A DNA stretch of 63,887 bases, counting the filler, from Reclinomonas americana ATCC 50394 (lineage: Eukaryota): assembly GCA_048213135.1 (NCBI GenBank). It is 23 parts of 23 records of this genome, joined end to end, with 100 filler letters (N's around TTAATTAATTAA, not from the genome) between each part and the next. Parts side by side here need not be neighbours in the genome. Positions count along the whole stretch, not along the records: positions 1 to 5,255 come from AFZH01023084.1; positions 5,356 to 6,813 come from AFZH01023086.1; positions 6,914 to 8,172 come from AFZH01023087.1; positions 8,273 to 10,324 come from AFZH01023088.1; positions 10,425 to 12,507 come from AFZH01023091.1; 18 more parts are not named here. One strand, 5' to 3'. The translations under genes were made by a program, and so were the position numbers. This document shows, in pieces, positions 1 to 11,264 of this stretch; position 1 is the stretch's first letter, and the number at the start of each line of letters is the position of its first letter. The notes beneath the pieces were generated by a model. That model saw only the letters and a list, made by a program, of their open reading frames with translations. It ran no database searches and was not told the DNA's origin.

Positions 1-31
1 CTCTCTCTCCTACTCTCTCTCTCTCTCTCTA

Positions 32-77
<46 letters not shown>

Positions 78-445
78 ATTCCTTGCCTCTTTGCACATTC
101 TCTCAACCTGCAACTCTTGTCTCATACACATACACACACTAACAAACGCACACACATGCACACACACTCTCCCTCTCCCTCACTCTCACACAAGCACACT
201 CTCTGTCATTCCTTGCCTCTCTTGCATTCATTGCACACACCCTCAACCTGCATCTCTTGTCTCACACGCATACACACACTAACAAACACACATGCACACA
301 CTCTCCCTCACTCTCACTCTCACACAAACACACTCTCTGTCATTCCTTGCCTCTCTCTTGCATTCATTCTCAACCTGCATCTCTTGTCTCACACACATAC
401 GCACACACATGCACACACTCACACTCTCTTCCCCACACTCTCTGC
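1..445. repeat. (CT)n microsatellite followed by three degenerate ~130-bp CT/CA-rich minisatellite units
   Basis: ctctgtcattccttgcctct...ctcaacctgca...tcttgtctca recurs at ~71, ~201 and ~335. Confidence 0.85.
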
Positions 446-629
446 ATTTTCCCCTCTTTCATCCCCTTTTCATCCCCTTTTCATCCCCTTCTCCTCCCCT
501 TCTCACCATCGCCACCGCATCCGCCACCATCCACTCCGTCATCGCCTGCAACATCATCACCAACGCCGACTCACTCTCACTCTCCACAGACGACGAAGAC
601 AGCACTCGAATGCGCGCCAACACACGCCC

Positions 630-1465
630 AAGTCCTCTCAAACTCGCCTCATCTTCCTCCTCTTCTTCCTCCTCTTCTTGTTCCTCTTGTTCCTCTTCTT
701 CTTCGTCTTCTTCGCTGTCGACTTGCTCTCTGGTAGTGTACTCGATCTCTTCGCCTTCCTCGCGAGTGTCGTCGGGAAGACGCGCGCGCTCTGCAGACAT
801 TGTTTGGGGGAAGGCAGTGGGACAGGACACTTTCCTCTTGCGAAGTGCGTTCTGTGCTGCAGTGCTGGTTTGCAACTTGTGCAGCAAAGCAAAGGCTTAG
901 ACATTGAGCAAGCTTCCCTCCTTCACCCTTCGCAGTCCTCTCAAACTCGCCTCTCCTTCTTCTTCTTCTTCGTCCTCATCTTCTGCTTCGTCTTCTTCTT
1001 CGCTGTCGACTTGCTCTCTGGTAGTGTACTCGATCTCTTCGCCTTCCTCGCGAGTGTCGTCGGGAAGACGCGCGCGGTCGGAAGACATTCTGTGGGGAAC
1101 AAGGTGGAAATGGGACAGGACACTTCTCGTTCGAAGGGCGTTCTGTGCTGCAGTGCTGGCTTGCAACTTGTGCAGCAAAGGCTCAGACATTGTGCAAGCT
1201 CCCTCCCTTCAACCTTCGCAGTCCTCTCAACTCGCCTCTCCTTCTTCTTCTTCTTCCTCTTATTCTTCTTGTTCCTCATCTTCTTCTTCTTCGTCTTCGC
1301 TGTCGACTTGTTCTCTGGTATTGTACTCGATCTCTTCGCCTTCCTCGCGAGTGTCGTCGGGAAGACGCGCGCGCTCTGCAGACATTGTTGTGGGGAAGGC
1401 AATGGAACAGGACACCTCGTCATTGGCGAAGTGCGTTCTGTGCTGCAGTGCTGGCTTGCAGCTCT
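630..1465 (-). repeat. Three ~290-305 bp tandem units encoding an acidic motif (RARLPDDTREEGEEIEYTTREQVDSE+poly-E) on the minus strand
   Basis: Unit anchor gtcctctcaa(a)ctcgcctc at ~631, ~935, ~1221; near-identical cores; stops/frameshifts between units. Confidence 0.85.
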
Positions 1466-1697
1466 GCCTTGCTAGTTCTGCAACAAAAGCTGTGTCGTTC
1501 ATGCACACTCCACCTCTCTACGCCAGTCGAAACGTGTGGAGCAAGAGAGAGAACGACTCCTCCGTCACCAGAGAGAATACGTCGTGCTTCCCTTCTCTTT
1601 CGCCCATCTCCCTTCTCTCTTCTCCTTCTCCCTTCTCCCCTCGCCCTCTTCCCCTCACCCCCTTTCCCTCTCTCACCATTCTCATTAAACTCAACAT

Positions 1698-4600
1698 TCA
1701 TTGCGGTGACGATGAGTGCTTCGGCACCGACGTCGACAATGGTCGCGATGGCATCTGCCCGAGAACTGAATGAGCAACTCTCCCTTGTGAAAACAATCTC
1801 CAAATCCAACAAACCTCCGGCGATAACACGCCCACCCGATGCCGATCGAAGCGACCGCGGCCGACCACCGACGACGCGCCACGCGGCGACTGCGCATGTC
1901 TTTGATCGCCGACAGCCAGCGCCGACAGCGGCTCCAAGGATACACCGGTGCTCGCGCCACCACCATTGTGGGCGGGTGGCAACTGCAGACCGGGAATGGC
2001 AATGGCAGTGCTGCGCGGGGTCTTGGTGTCGGCGTAGGGCGAGTGACCGTTCGAGGAGGTGGCCACCGTCATGCCCGTGTCGGAGGTGTGCTCGTCGTCC
2101 AGCAGCGGCATGGCCAGCGGGTCCAAATCACCGCTGCCGCCACCCGTGAGGCCCAGGGGGAAGTGCTGCTCGGGCGTCTCCTGACGGCACGCGGCAATGG
2201 CCTTGGCGACAAAGAGGTGGCCGAGGATGGCCCACACGGGGGCCAGGCGGAACATGATGCGCAGGAAGATGATCAGCAGGCTGCCCCAGGCGTTCCTCTG
2301 TGGATGGGGAAGGGGGAGGGAGAGAGAGGGAAAGGGGGAGAAGGGAAGTGAGCAATAGGGGAAAGGGAGGGAGGGAAAATGGGTGGAACGACAGTGGGAG
2401 AGCGAGAGTGGGGGGAACGAGAGTGGGGGGAACGAGAGTGGGGGGAACGAGAGTGGGGGGAACGAGAGTGGGGGGAACGAGAGTGGGGGAACGAGAGTGG
2501 GGGAACGAGAGTGGGGGGAACGAGAGTGGGGGGAACGAGAGTGGGAGGAACGAGAGTGGGGGGAACGAGAGTGGGGATACTGGGAAAGGGAGAGCTGCAT
2601 GTCTCATCGTGCAGGCAAGTCGCACCTCCAGGTCCACTCCACACGACCACGCTCCACTCTTCAGATACTCGATTCGCGAGTACAGATCGTAAGCAAACTG
2701 TCACCACGAAGTGAGTCCCAAAATCGCAAAACAACACTGTGCAATCGAGGGGAGCGCACCTTGGCCAGCGCACATGCACAATTAACAATAATTAGGTACA
2801 CAATCTCCAGCCGCTTGCGTTGCCTGGCGGGCACTCGCATCATGCTGCTGCTGAGTCGGTGATTCTGCTCCACCGTGTCGACTTCGTTGGCCGCCACATC
2901 CAGCCGCCGCAGAATGAGCACGCCGGCCACGGCGAGGATGGCGCACACCACCACGCCGCTCGTTGATTGGAAGAGCCAGATGGAGCTGCCGCAGTCGATG
3001 TACTCCTGGGGAGGGGAAGGGGGGAGGGGGAGGGATAGGGGTAGGAGGGGTAAGGGAAGGATGAGGGAGAGAAAGAGAGGAAAGATGTGGAGGAAGGAGG
3101 AACAGAAGCAAGAAAGAGACTGGGAGAGAGTAATGAGAGACAGAGAGAAGGAGAGACAGAGAAAAGGAGAGACAGAGAGAAGGAGAGACAGATGAGAGGC
3201 AGAGAGAAGGAGAGACAGAGAGAAGGAGAGATAGAGAGAAGGAGAGAGGGAGAGGGCAAAAAAGAGTAAGGGATGGAGAGAGGGAGCGAAGGGGGACCAG
3301 CCAGAAAGAGAAGGAGAGAAGGAGAGTTCCCTCGATGACTGACGACTCAGACACTGCTGTCTTTACACGATTGATATGTTGGCACTCTTCCACTCTTTAC
3401 GCCTCCTCATTTGGATTGCGCCCTCCACCACTCTGGTCGGTTTTACGAAGTCTACCTCCTCGTTTCGTCTCGCATTCTCTTCCAACTATTAGACTACCAT
3501 TATCACACGTACGTCATTTCTTTTGCTTTTCTCCTCCATTGCTGTCGCATACTCTGTTGTTATCCGAAACTTACAGTCGCATATTCTAAGTCTCTCTCTT
3601 TTTTGACTCGCCCTTTGCTGTCTCTCTTGCTCTCGTTTCCTCGCACCCAATCGCTTTCTCCTTCTATCTTGTCCTCGTACTGTCCTCCTCTTCTCTCTCA
3701 CACACTCTCATTCTGATCTCTCTCGCTCTCTCGTTCTCACATTCGCTATGTCTCTCTCACACCATTGCCCTCTTGCTCTCCCTTCCTTCCTCATTCAGCT
3801 CTCTCGTCCTCAATTCCGATCGCTCTTTCTCTCTCTCTCTCTCTCACACTCACTCGCCACTCTTCTCTCCGTTTCCACTCCTTTCTACTTCTTCCTCTTC
3901 TCACTCGCTAGCTCTCTCTTGCTCACTCACTCACTCCCACTTCTCTTGCGTCCTCCTCACTCGCTCTCTCTCTCTCTCGCCCTCCATCTCTCCCTTTCCC
4001 TTCCTCCCTCTCCTTCTTCCGACTCACCGTCACCGTCAACACCCACGCATAGATGGCCACGCCAGTCGAATACAAGCACAGCAGGCCCATGGAATACAGC
4101 GGCCACCTGTGGCCCCTCAATGCACGTGAGCAATCAATCACTTCCATCTCCCAAAAAGCCACGCACCCTGACAACGCCTTGCGCCCGACACGATGTCTGG
4201 AGAGCACCAGCAAGCACGTGGCCAGCGCAATGTATTGCAGCTGCTGCAGCCAGTCGGTGGCGAACAACAGCGCCGCTCTGCCGCACACGAGTCGGCAAGG
4301 AGGAGGAGGGGAGGGAGAAGAAGGATGCGCGCGCAACAGATCGACCACGAGGTTCTTGAGGAACACCAGGAGCGCCTGCACAGCGCCGAGAATGAAGAGA
4401 ACGAGGTGGACGGCGTTGCGATCTGTGGGCACAAAGGTGAGGGAGAAAATAGGCAAAGGGCGCGAGTGGGCAAGTGAGGAGAGCAAGAGGTCAAGGGGGT
4501 GAGGGGGAGGAGCAGGGAGTGCGGAAGTGGAATAGGTCGGGAGAGGTGGAGACAGAGAGCGAGCCGAGTGCGAGAAGGCAAGAGTGAGCACGAGAAGAAA

Positions 4601-5135
4601 GAGTGCACGAACGAAGAGGCGAAGGAGGAGAAGGAGACAGTGAGAGACAGTCAAGGAGAGAAGCGAGAGGGACGACAGGCAGAGGGAAGGAAGAGAGAAT
4701 GAGGGGGATGGAGATGAAGGGTTGGAGAGCGACGGCATGAGTCAGTGAGAACGGGGGAGAGAGAGGGAGGGCGAGAGAGAGAGAGAGAGACGAAAGAGAG
4801 AATGAATGAGAGGGAGATGAAGGGTTGAAGAGCGATGGAATGAGTCAGTGAGACAGAGACGCAACACGAGAAGCGAGAGAGGACGGAGAGAGGGCGAGAG
4901 AGGGGGAAGGAGACGCGACATGAGAAGAATGAGGGGGAGAGGGCGAGAGAGGACGGAGAGAGGGCGAGCGAGGACGGAGAGAGGGCGAGAGAGAGGGCGA
5001 GAAGGGTGATATGAATGATTGTCTGTTTCCGTCAAACGCAACATGAAGGCAATCGCTTCCAGAACAGCACACAAGCAATGGCCACCAAAGCCCACACAAA
5101 AGTGGCCACTCCGAGAGCTCCAATCGTGATGATTC
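1698..5135 (-). CDS. Multi-exon eukaryotic seven-transmembrane (GPCR-like) protein, 5' partial
   Basis: Exons ~5135-5044, ~4422-4338, ~4280-4028, 3005-2760, ~2660-2581, ~2297-1698, mostly with GT..AG boundaries; seven hydrophobic segments (IITIGALGVATFVWALVAIACVLFW ... AWGSLLIIFLRIMFRLAPVWAILGHLF) and a low-complexity tail. One splice phase and the 3' end are uncertain. Confidence 0.65.
2399..2578. repeat. Intronic 15-16 bp tandem minisatellite (GAACGAGAGTGGGGGG, ~11 copies)
   Basis: Head-to-tail repeats, no unique spacers. Confidence 0.95.
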
Positions 5136-5144
5136 TGCACAAGG

Positions 5145-5253
<109 letters not shown>

Positions 5254-5255
5254 TA

Positions 5256-5355
5256 NNNNNNNNNNNNNNNNNNNNNNNNNNNNNNNNNNNNNNNNNNNNT
5301 TAATTAATTAANNNNNNNNNNNNNNNNNNNNNNNNNNNNNNNNNNNNNNNNNNNN
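5256..5355. other. Artificial contig linker N44-TTAATTAATTAA-N44 (first of 22; others start at 6814, 8173, 10325, 12508, 16311, 19750, 21790, 23126, 24352, 27531, 31174, 34012, 40485, 41672, 43147, 49425, 51207, 52732, 55011, 57678, 62756)
   Basis: Identical 100-bp N-run with a six-frame-stop 12-mer at every join; a standard pseudo-molecule spacer. Confidence 0.99.
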
Positions 5356-5417
5356 TCAGTCAGTCAGTGAGTGAGAGAGAGACAGAGAGAAGAGGAGAGA
5401 AGCGGAGAGAGGCACAG

Positions 5418-5543
5418 AACTTGAGCAGTGCCGCGACACCCGAGAACATCTGTGAAATGCTTGCACGCGCCCGCAAAGTTGTCCTGATTGACAACTTCAC
5501 ACTGGAGTACGTTGGCATCCAAGCATCGCCTAAGCTCCCTTAA
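5418..5543 (+). CDS. Possible terminal exon of an unidentified eukaryotic gene
   Basis: cacag acceptor, then open frame NLSSAATPENICEMLARARKVVLIDNFTLEYVGIQASPKLP*; no recognised homology. Confidence 0.25.
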   Translation, partial: NLSSAATPENICEMLARARKVVLIDNFTLEYVGIQASPKLP

Positions 5544-6159
5544 TCAGTAATCATGTCTTTCAACAACGACTTCGAGGCGCAAAGATTTCGGCGACGTTGA
5601 TATCGATTTCAATTTCCCAGCAATTGCAAGGAAGACCAATAGCGCAAGGAAGATTAGAACTGCAAGCAAGAGCGCACGTCCAATCACCGCGAAAGCAGAA
5701 CACAAAACCAGAGTGCAAAGCAGCGAGAAAATTGCATATCGCCGCAGAGCACCAACAGGACCTCTGATCTCCGTGCAAGCACAACCTCAAGCGAACGCAG
5801 AACTACGGCTGATCTACAGTCACCACTCGGCACAAAAAGAACCTCCATGCCAGAAACTCTCCGACCGCCACAACTCAAGCAGAACGCTTGCCAAGGATCG
5901 CAGCACAGAGCACAACAACACTCCACGACGGTCGCAACAAAAAAACCCTGCCATGGCATGTCACCGCCCTGCAGGAAGCTCCCCAACCCCTCGATCAGCC
6001 CCCTCCCTCCCTCCCCTCCTACCACCCCTCCCCCTAACTTCCCCCTCTCCCTAAATCCACGTTTTTTGTCTTTTTATAATACTTTCAGCGATCCCTCAAC
6101 CGCCACGGTGATAGCAACAAGCAGGGAGTTGTCTGTGTGTCTGTGTGCGTCGAGCATCT

Positions 6160-6657
6160 TCACTCCATCGCCACATCGTACTCGCCCTTGGCGGCGAGGC
6201 CGTTCATGTGTGCGCGCTTGAAGAAGGCATCCTGTCCCGCCTTGAAGTTCTCGGACTTGCCTGCAATATCACACAAACTCTCGTCAGTCATCAAGTTTCA
6301 CCCAAGAAAGCACCCTTCTCATTCCCCACAAACCATGCCACGCCTCAATGCACGAGTGCTGCAGCGCACGGCCGTACGAGAACGACAGCGCCCACGGGCG
6401 GTTGGCGCCCAAAATTTTGTTCATCAGGTCCAGGTGCAGCGTCGACTCCACCTCCTCCTGACCACCGGACAGGAACACAATGCCGCGCACCGCAGCCGGC
6501 ACAGCGGACTTGAGCACGCGCACCGTCGCCGCCGCCACGTCCTGCGGGCCAGCGCGGCCCTCCGAGTCGTAGCCCGACAGCACCATGTTGGGCTTCAACA
6601 AGATGCGCGAGATGTCGACGTGGTGGGCGTGCAGCGCGGCGAACACAGACGAGAGCA
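6160..6657 (-). CDS. FBA: Fructose-bisphosphate aldolase class I, last two exons (6657-6334, 6260-6160), 5' partial
   Basis: LLKPNMV Schiff-base lysine motif, FLSGGQ, SFSYGRALQ, RAHMNGLAAKGEY; GT-AG intron 6333-6261 restores frame. Confidence 0.95.
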
Positions 6658-6913
6658 CTGTGTGGGGGAGAGAGGAAGGGAGTTTAGTAAAGGGGACAGG
6701 GAGGGGAGAGGGGGGAGAGGGAGGGGAGAGGGGGGAGAGGTAGGGGAGAGGGGGGAGAGAGGGAGAGAGCGACAGCGAGCGCCCAGAGAGGGAGAGAGCG
6801 ACAGCGAGCGCCCNNNNNNNNNNNNNNNNNNNNNNNNNNNNNNNNNNNNNNNNNNNNTTAATTAATTAANNNNNNNNNNNNNNNNNNNNNNNNNNNNNNN
6901 NNNNNNNNNNNNN

Positions 6914-8140
6914 GTCGACCGGGTTGAGCCGCGCCGCCTGCCGCGCCGGCAGATAGCCGGCGACACCGGCCGAGACCAGGGCGAAGCCGGCAGCGATCAG
7001 GTAGTGCCAGATGCTCCAGGCCAGCGGCAGACGGGTGATCTCCTGGGCGACATTGGCGCCCGACAATTCGAAGCGGACCAGCGAGAGCGCGAAGCAGAGG
7101 AGGAAGCCGAACGCCCAGCCGATCAGCGAGCCGCCGGCGCCGAGCGCCAGCCCCTCCAGCAGGAAGAGGCGGCGCATATCGGTCTGCGTGAAGCCGAGCG
7201 ACTTCAGGATGGCGATGTCGCGCGCCTTCTCATGGGTGATGGTCGAGATGATGTTGAAGATGCCGAAGCCGGCCACCAGCAGGATCGCACCGACGACCGT
7301 GTACATGATGACATTGCGGATCACGAGCGCCTGCAGCAACGACTCGTTCGCCTCCTGCCAGGCCATCGCCTTGTAGCCGATCTGCGCCTCGGCCCGGCGC
7401 GCCACCTGCGGCGCGGCGTTGGGATCGTCGAGCTTCAGCCTGATCTCGTTGATCGCGTTCGGGCGCTCGCTCAGAATCTGGGCGCTCTTGAGCAGGACAT
7501 AGCCTTCGCCCTCGTCGCGGGCGGTGGTGCCGGTGTGGAACAGGCCGACGATCTTGAAGGCGCGGCTTTGGCCCGTGGATGAGACGACCGTCACGGTCGT
7601 GCCGAGCTCGGCGCCGAGGCGTTGCGCCAGCTTGTCGCCCACGACGATGTTGTTGCCGCCGGCGATCAGCGAGGTGAAGCTGCCCTGGCGGAAATCCTTG
7701 GCAAGCGAGGAGACCTTCATCTCCGCCTGCGGCTCGATGCCGATGACGGCAATGCCGACGTCGCGGCCGGAATAGCGCACCACCCCTTGCGTCTTCAGGC
7801 TGAGCGCCAGCCGCCCCGGCACCCAGGCCCGCAGCATCGCGACGGCCTCGGTCGGGTTCAGGATGCCGCGCCGATCGTCCTTCGGCCGCAGGCCGGCGAT
7901 CTGGACCGCGGCAAAGGCGTCCTGCGCCGGCTGGCGGCGGGCATTGCGGTATTCGTCGGTGATGTCGACATGCGGCATGGTGTCGACGAGGCGCGCGACG
8001 AAATCGTCCTCGCCGCCCTGCATCAGCGCCGCCATGGCGATCGAGAAGCCGACGCCGAGCGCGACGCCGATGATCGCGACCAGGGTCTGCCGGCCGCGGC
8101 CGCGGATATGCGTCAGCGCCAGGGCCAGGATCAGGCGCAC
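6914..8140 (-). CDS. MacB/LolE (FtsX-family) ABC transporter permease, last codons lost in gap
   Basis: N-terminal TM, large periplasmic domain, DIAILKSLG, C-terminal PARQAARLNPV. Confidence 0.93.
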
Positions 8141-8143
8141 GGT

Positions 8144-8725
8144 TCAGCCGCCCTGCGCGGCGACGCGGGCGCNNNNNNNNNNNNNNNNNNNNNNNNNNNN
8201 NNNNNNNNNNNNNNNNTTAATTAATTAANNNNNNNNNNNNNNNNNNNNNNNNNNNNNNNNNNNNNNNNNNNNCAGCACATAGTTTTCGAGGCGCGCGGTC
8301 TGGCCGGCGATCAGCGCCGAGGCCTGCCCCATCTCGCTGCGGGCACGGTCGAGCGCCTGCTGGCTCCCGACATTGCGCTCGACCAGCACCGCGAGCCGGT
8401 CATGCTCGGCAGTGGCGAGCTTCTGGCGGGCCTTGAGCTCGGCCAGGGTCGCCTCGGCCTGCACGCTATCGAGGCGAGCGAGGACATGCCCCTGCTCCAC
8501 GCGCTGGCCCTCACAATCGCAGCGCTCGACGATTCGCTCGCGCACCAGCGCCGTGACCTTGGCCCAGTTGCGCGGCTCGACCGTGCCGGTGGCGTAGACG
8601 ATCTCGGCGGCATCGCCGCGCCTGGGTGCGACGGCTGCAACCGCAGCCGGCTTGGTCAGGAACCAGTAGGCGCCGCCAGCGGCGGCGATGGCCGCGGCGA
8701 TGGGAAGAAGACGAGAGAACTTCAC
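8144..8725 (-). CDS. Efflux membrane-fusion (periplasmic adaptor) protein, interrupted by linker
   Basis: N-terminal anchor, VYATGTVEP, lipoyl-like EGQRVEQGHVLARLD, coiled hairpin; GTG 8725 with GGGGGA RBS; probable 3' end 8144-8172. Confidence 0.88.
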
Positions 8726-8824
8726 GACATCCCCCGCAGGAGGCATCACGCCGGCCTGCCCTGCTCGCGATCATCGCGAGTCGGACGCGTTGCACCGGCA
8801 GCGTCTTGCGCGCACAATCACGAA

Positions 8825-8862
8825 GACCGACCGTCGGTCATATTACAGACCGACGGTCGGTC
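8825..8862. promoter_or_regulatory. Two 15-bp palindromic TetR-type operators (GACCGAC-N-GTCGGTC) overlapping the divergent promoter
   Basis: Palindromes at 8825-8839 and 8848-8862; minus-strand TTGACG-N16-TAATAT overlaps them. Confidence 0.8.
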
Positions 8863-8882
8863 GTCAAGAGGAAGTGCGTCGC

Positions 8883-9572
8883 ATGCCCCGTATCGTGAAG
8901 TCCGCGGATGATCGCAGGAACGAGATCCTCGACGGCGCCCAGGCACTGTTCTTCGAGCGCGGCTACGAGCGGACGACGGTCAACGACGTGATCGCCAAGG
9001 TGGGCATCTCGAAGGGCGGCTTCTACCACCACTTCTCGGCCAAGGAGGATCTGCTGGAAGGGATCACCGCCCGGCTGGCGCAGGACGCCGTCGCGCGCGT
9101 CCGCGACATCCTCGACGACCCCGCGCTCGGCGCACTCGAACGCTTGAACGCTTTCCTCGCCCGCTCACGCCAGATGAAGCGCGAGGACGCACCGAAGCTG
9201 CGCGCCGCCTTCGACGTCATCTTCCGGCCCGAGAACCTCCTGCTCTACCACAGGATCAACGCCGCCTCGATCGCGGTGATGCGGCCGGTCCTGACCCGCA
9301 TCATCGTCGAAGGCACGGCGGAAGGCGTGTTCGCGGTGCCCGAGCCGGAAGCCGCGGCGGACGTCATCCTGCATATCGGCGCGAGCACGCACGACATCAT
9401 GGCGCGCACCATCGCCGCATCGGGCACGGCCGAGGAGGATGCGGCGATCGAGGAGCTCGACCGGCGCCTGCACTTTTACGGCATCGCGGTCGACCGCATC
9501 CTCGGCCTGCCCGACGGAAGTGTCCCCTTCGTCGAACCGGGCTTCACCCGCGCGGTGATGACGGCGCGCTGA
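8883..9572 (+). CDS. TetR/AcrR-family regulator
   Basis: HTH RRNEILDGAQALFFERGYERTTVNDVIAKVGISKGGFYHHFSAKE; divergent from efflux operon. Confidence 0.95.
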   Translation: MPRIVKSADDRRNEILDGAQALFFERGYERTTVNDVIAKVGISKGGFYHHFSAKEDLLEGITARLAQDAVARVRDILDDPALGALERLNAFLARSRQMKREDAPKLRAAFDVIFRPENLLLYHRINAASIAVMRPVLTRIIVEGTAEGVFAVPEPEAAADVILHIGASTHDIMARTIAASGTAEEDAAIEELDRRLHFYGIAVDRILGLPDGSVPFVEPGFTRAVMTAR

Positions 9573-9599
9573 GCGCGCCGTCGGCAACCCAAGGCCGGG

Positions 9600-10324
9600 T
9601 CAGTCGAGCTTGAACTTCGACAGCTCGCGATGCTCGCCATAGATGCGGCGGACCGTGCCGGTGATCGAGCGGTAGACGATCGTTTCGGTCTCGATCACCT
9701 CAGGCCCGAAGCGCACCCCCGAGAGCATGCCGCCATCGGTGACGCCGGTGGCGCAGACGATGACGTCGCCGGAGGCCATCTCGGCCATGTCGTACTTCTT
9801 GTTCGGGTCCTTGACGCCCATGGTCGCAGCGCGCGCCCGCTTCTCCTCGGTGTCGAGGATCAGGCGGCCTTGCATCTGGCCGCCGACGCAGCGCAGCGCC
9901 GCCGCAGCGAGAACGCCTTCCGGCGCGCCGCCGATGCCGAGATAAAGGTCGATGCCGGTCTTCTCCGGCTCGGTGCAGAAGATCACGCCGGCGACGTCGC
10001 CATCGGTGATCAGGCGGATCGAGGCGCCGGTCTTGCGGACCTCGGCGATCAGCTTCTCGTGGCGCGGCCGATCCATGATCAGCGTGTTGATCTCATGCGG
10101 CTTGACGCCCTTGGCCCGGGCCAGCGCGTTGATGTTGTCCGCGGCCGAAGCGTCGAGATCGACGACCCCCTGCGGATAGCCGGGACCGATCGCGATCTTG
10201 TTCATGTAGACGTCGGGGGCGTAGAGCAGCTGGCCAGCGCCAGCCATCGCCATCACCGCGATCGAGCCCGGCATGTCCTTGGCGCAAAGCGTCGTGCCCT
10301 CGAGCGGGTCGACGGCGATGTGGA
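9600..10324 (-). CDS. glpX: Class II fructose-1,6-bisphosphatase, 5' partial
   Basis: AVDPLEGT, APDVYMNKI, DRPRH, ITDGDVAG, GIGGAPEGVLAAAAL, ATGVTDG. Confidence 0.96.
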
Positions 10325-10510
10325 NNNNNNNNNNNNNNNNNNNNNNNNNNNNNNNNNNNNNNNNNNNNTTAATTAATTAANNNNNNNNNNNNNNNNNNNN
10401 NNNNNNNNNNNNNNNNNNNNNNNNCGTCTGGTGGAAGCGGGCGGAACTGGTTGGCTGGCTCTGGAACTTGGCCTTGTCGCAAGACCGGACATCAGTTTTG
10501 CGACGGGCAT

Positions 10511-10535
10511 AAAAAAACCGCGCTCGGGGCGCGGT
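10511..10535 (-). terminator. Intrinsic terminator of putative attenuator
   Basis: ACCGCGC-CCCGA-GCGCGGT stem followed by a U-tract. Confidence 0.75.
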
Positions 10536-10563
10536 CGCGGGCGTTCGGGCTGGAAGCCGAGCG

Positions 10564-10623
10564 TCATCGCGGGCGCGCCGGAGCGGCCTGTTCGGTGCGA
10601 CGTCGGGTCGGGTTCACGGTCAT
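10564..10623 (-). CDS. Putative leaderless leader peptide MTVNPTRRRTEQAAPARPR
   Basis: ATG at predicted TSS; CGA-CGT-CGC run; followed by antiterminator/terminator. Confidence 0.55.
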   Translation of the reverse strand: MTVNPTRRRTEQAAPARPR

Positions 10624-10630
10624 GCGGGGC

Positions 10631-10659
10631 TATATGTTCCCTGCCCGGCTGCCTGTCAA
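10631..10659 (-). promoter_or_regulatory. Sigma70-type promoter TTGACA-N17-CATATA, 7 nt upstream of a short ORF
   Basis: -35 at 10659-10654, -10 at 10636-10631; resembles the alphaproteobacterial RpoD consensus. Confidence 0.7.
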
Positions 10660-11171
10660 TCGGCGCTGTACACCAAGGACGCCAATCGGTCCTCGATCAG
10701 GCGCAGGGCGTCCTCGACCGAAAGGACGGCCGTGTCGACGATCAGCCGGTCGCCGGTCCAGGGCTGATAATCATGTGTCTCCACCGAAGTCCAGTCCGGG
10801 ACGACAAATCCCGGGATATCGGATCGTCGCTGCTCGACCCTGCGCCGGTGCTCCGCCTTGTTGGAACAGACGACTTCGATGTCGAGATGCGGCACGGCCG
10901 AAGCCCGAGCGAGCTCGCGCCAGGCCGCCCTGCTCTCGGCGACCGGATTCACGCAATCGGCCACGACGGCCATGCCGAGCGAAAGGTTTCCCCCCGCGAT
11001 CGCGAGAGCGACGACATAGCCACCCGGCCCGATATCGCTGCCGGGCGATATAGAGCGAAGCGCGTGCTCGATGCTGTCGATGCGCAGATAGGCCGCCGAC
11101 CGACTTGCCGCGAGCTCGCGGGCAAGCGTCGTCTTGCCACTACCCGGCAGTCCGCTGAACACGATCAGCAC
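10656..11171 (-). CDS. AAA_33-type P-loop kinase/ATPase
   Basis: GLPGSGKTT Walker A, YLRIDSIE, VVADCVNPV, EHRRRVE. Confidence 0.9.
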   Translation of the reverse strand: MLIVFSGLPGSGKTTLARELAASRSAAYLRIDSIEHALRSISPGSDIGPGGYVVALAIAGGNLSLGMAVVADCVNPVAESRAAWRELARASAVPHLDIEVVCSNKAEHRRRVEQRRSDIPGFVVPDWTSVETHDYQPWTGDRLIVDTAVLSVEDALRLIEDRLASLVYSAD

Positions 11172-11264
11172 GCAGGTCCCGCTTGGTTCAGGTCGGTTCT
11201 CACGTATTCTGAAGCCCTTGATGCGTATCCTTGTCAGGATGATTCAAGCACCTCGCAGCCCGAT

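Noticed and set aside
117..1475. 452-aa His/Thr/Phe-rich plus-strand ORF
   Set aside because: Translation of microsatellites and the antisense of poly-E tracts.
2399..2578. Regular 16-bp repeat array as CRISPR or telomere
   Set aside because: No unique spacers, no cas genes, intronic in a eukaryotic gene; a plain minisatellite.
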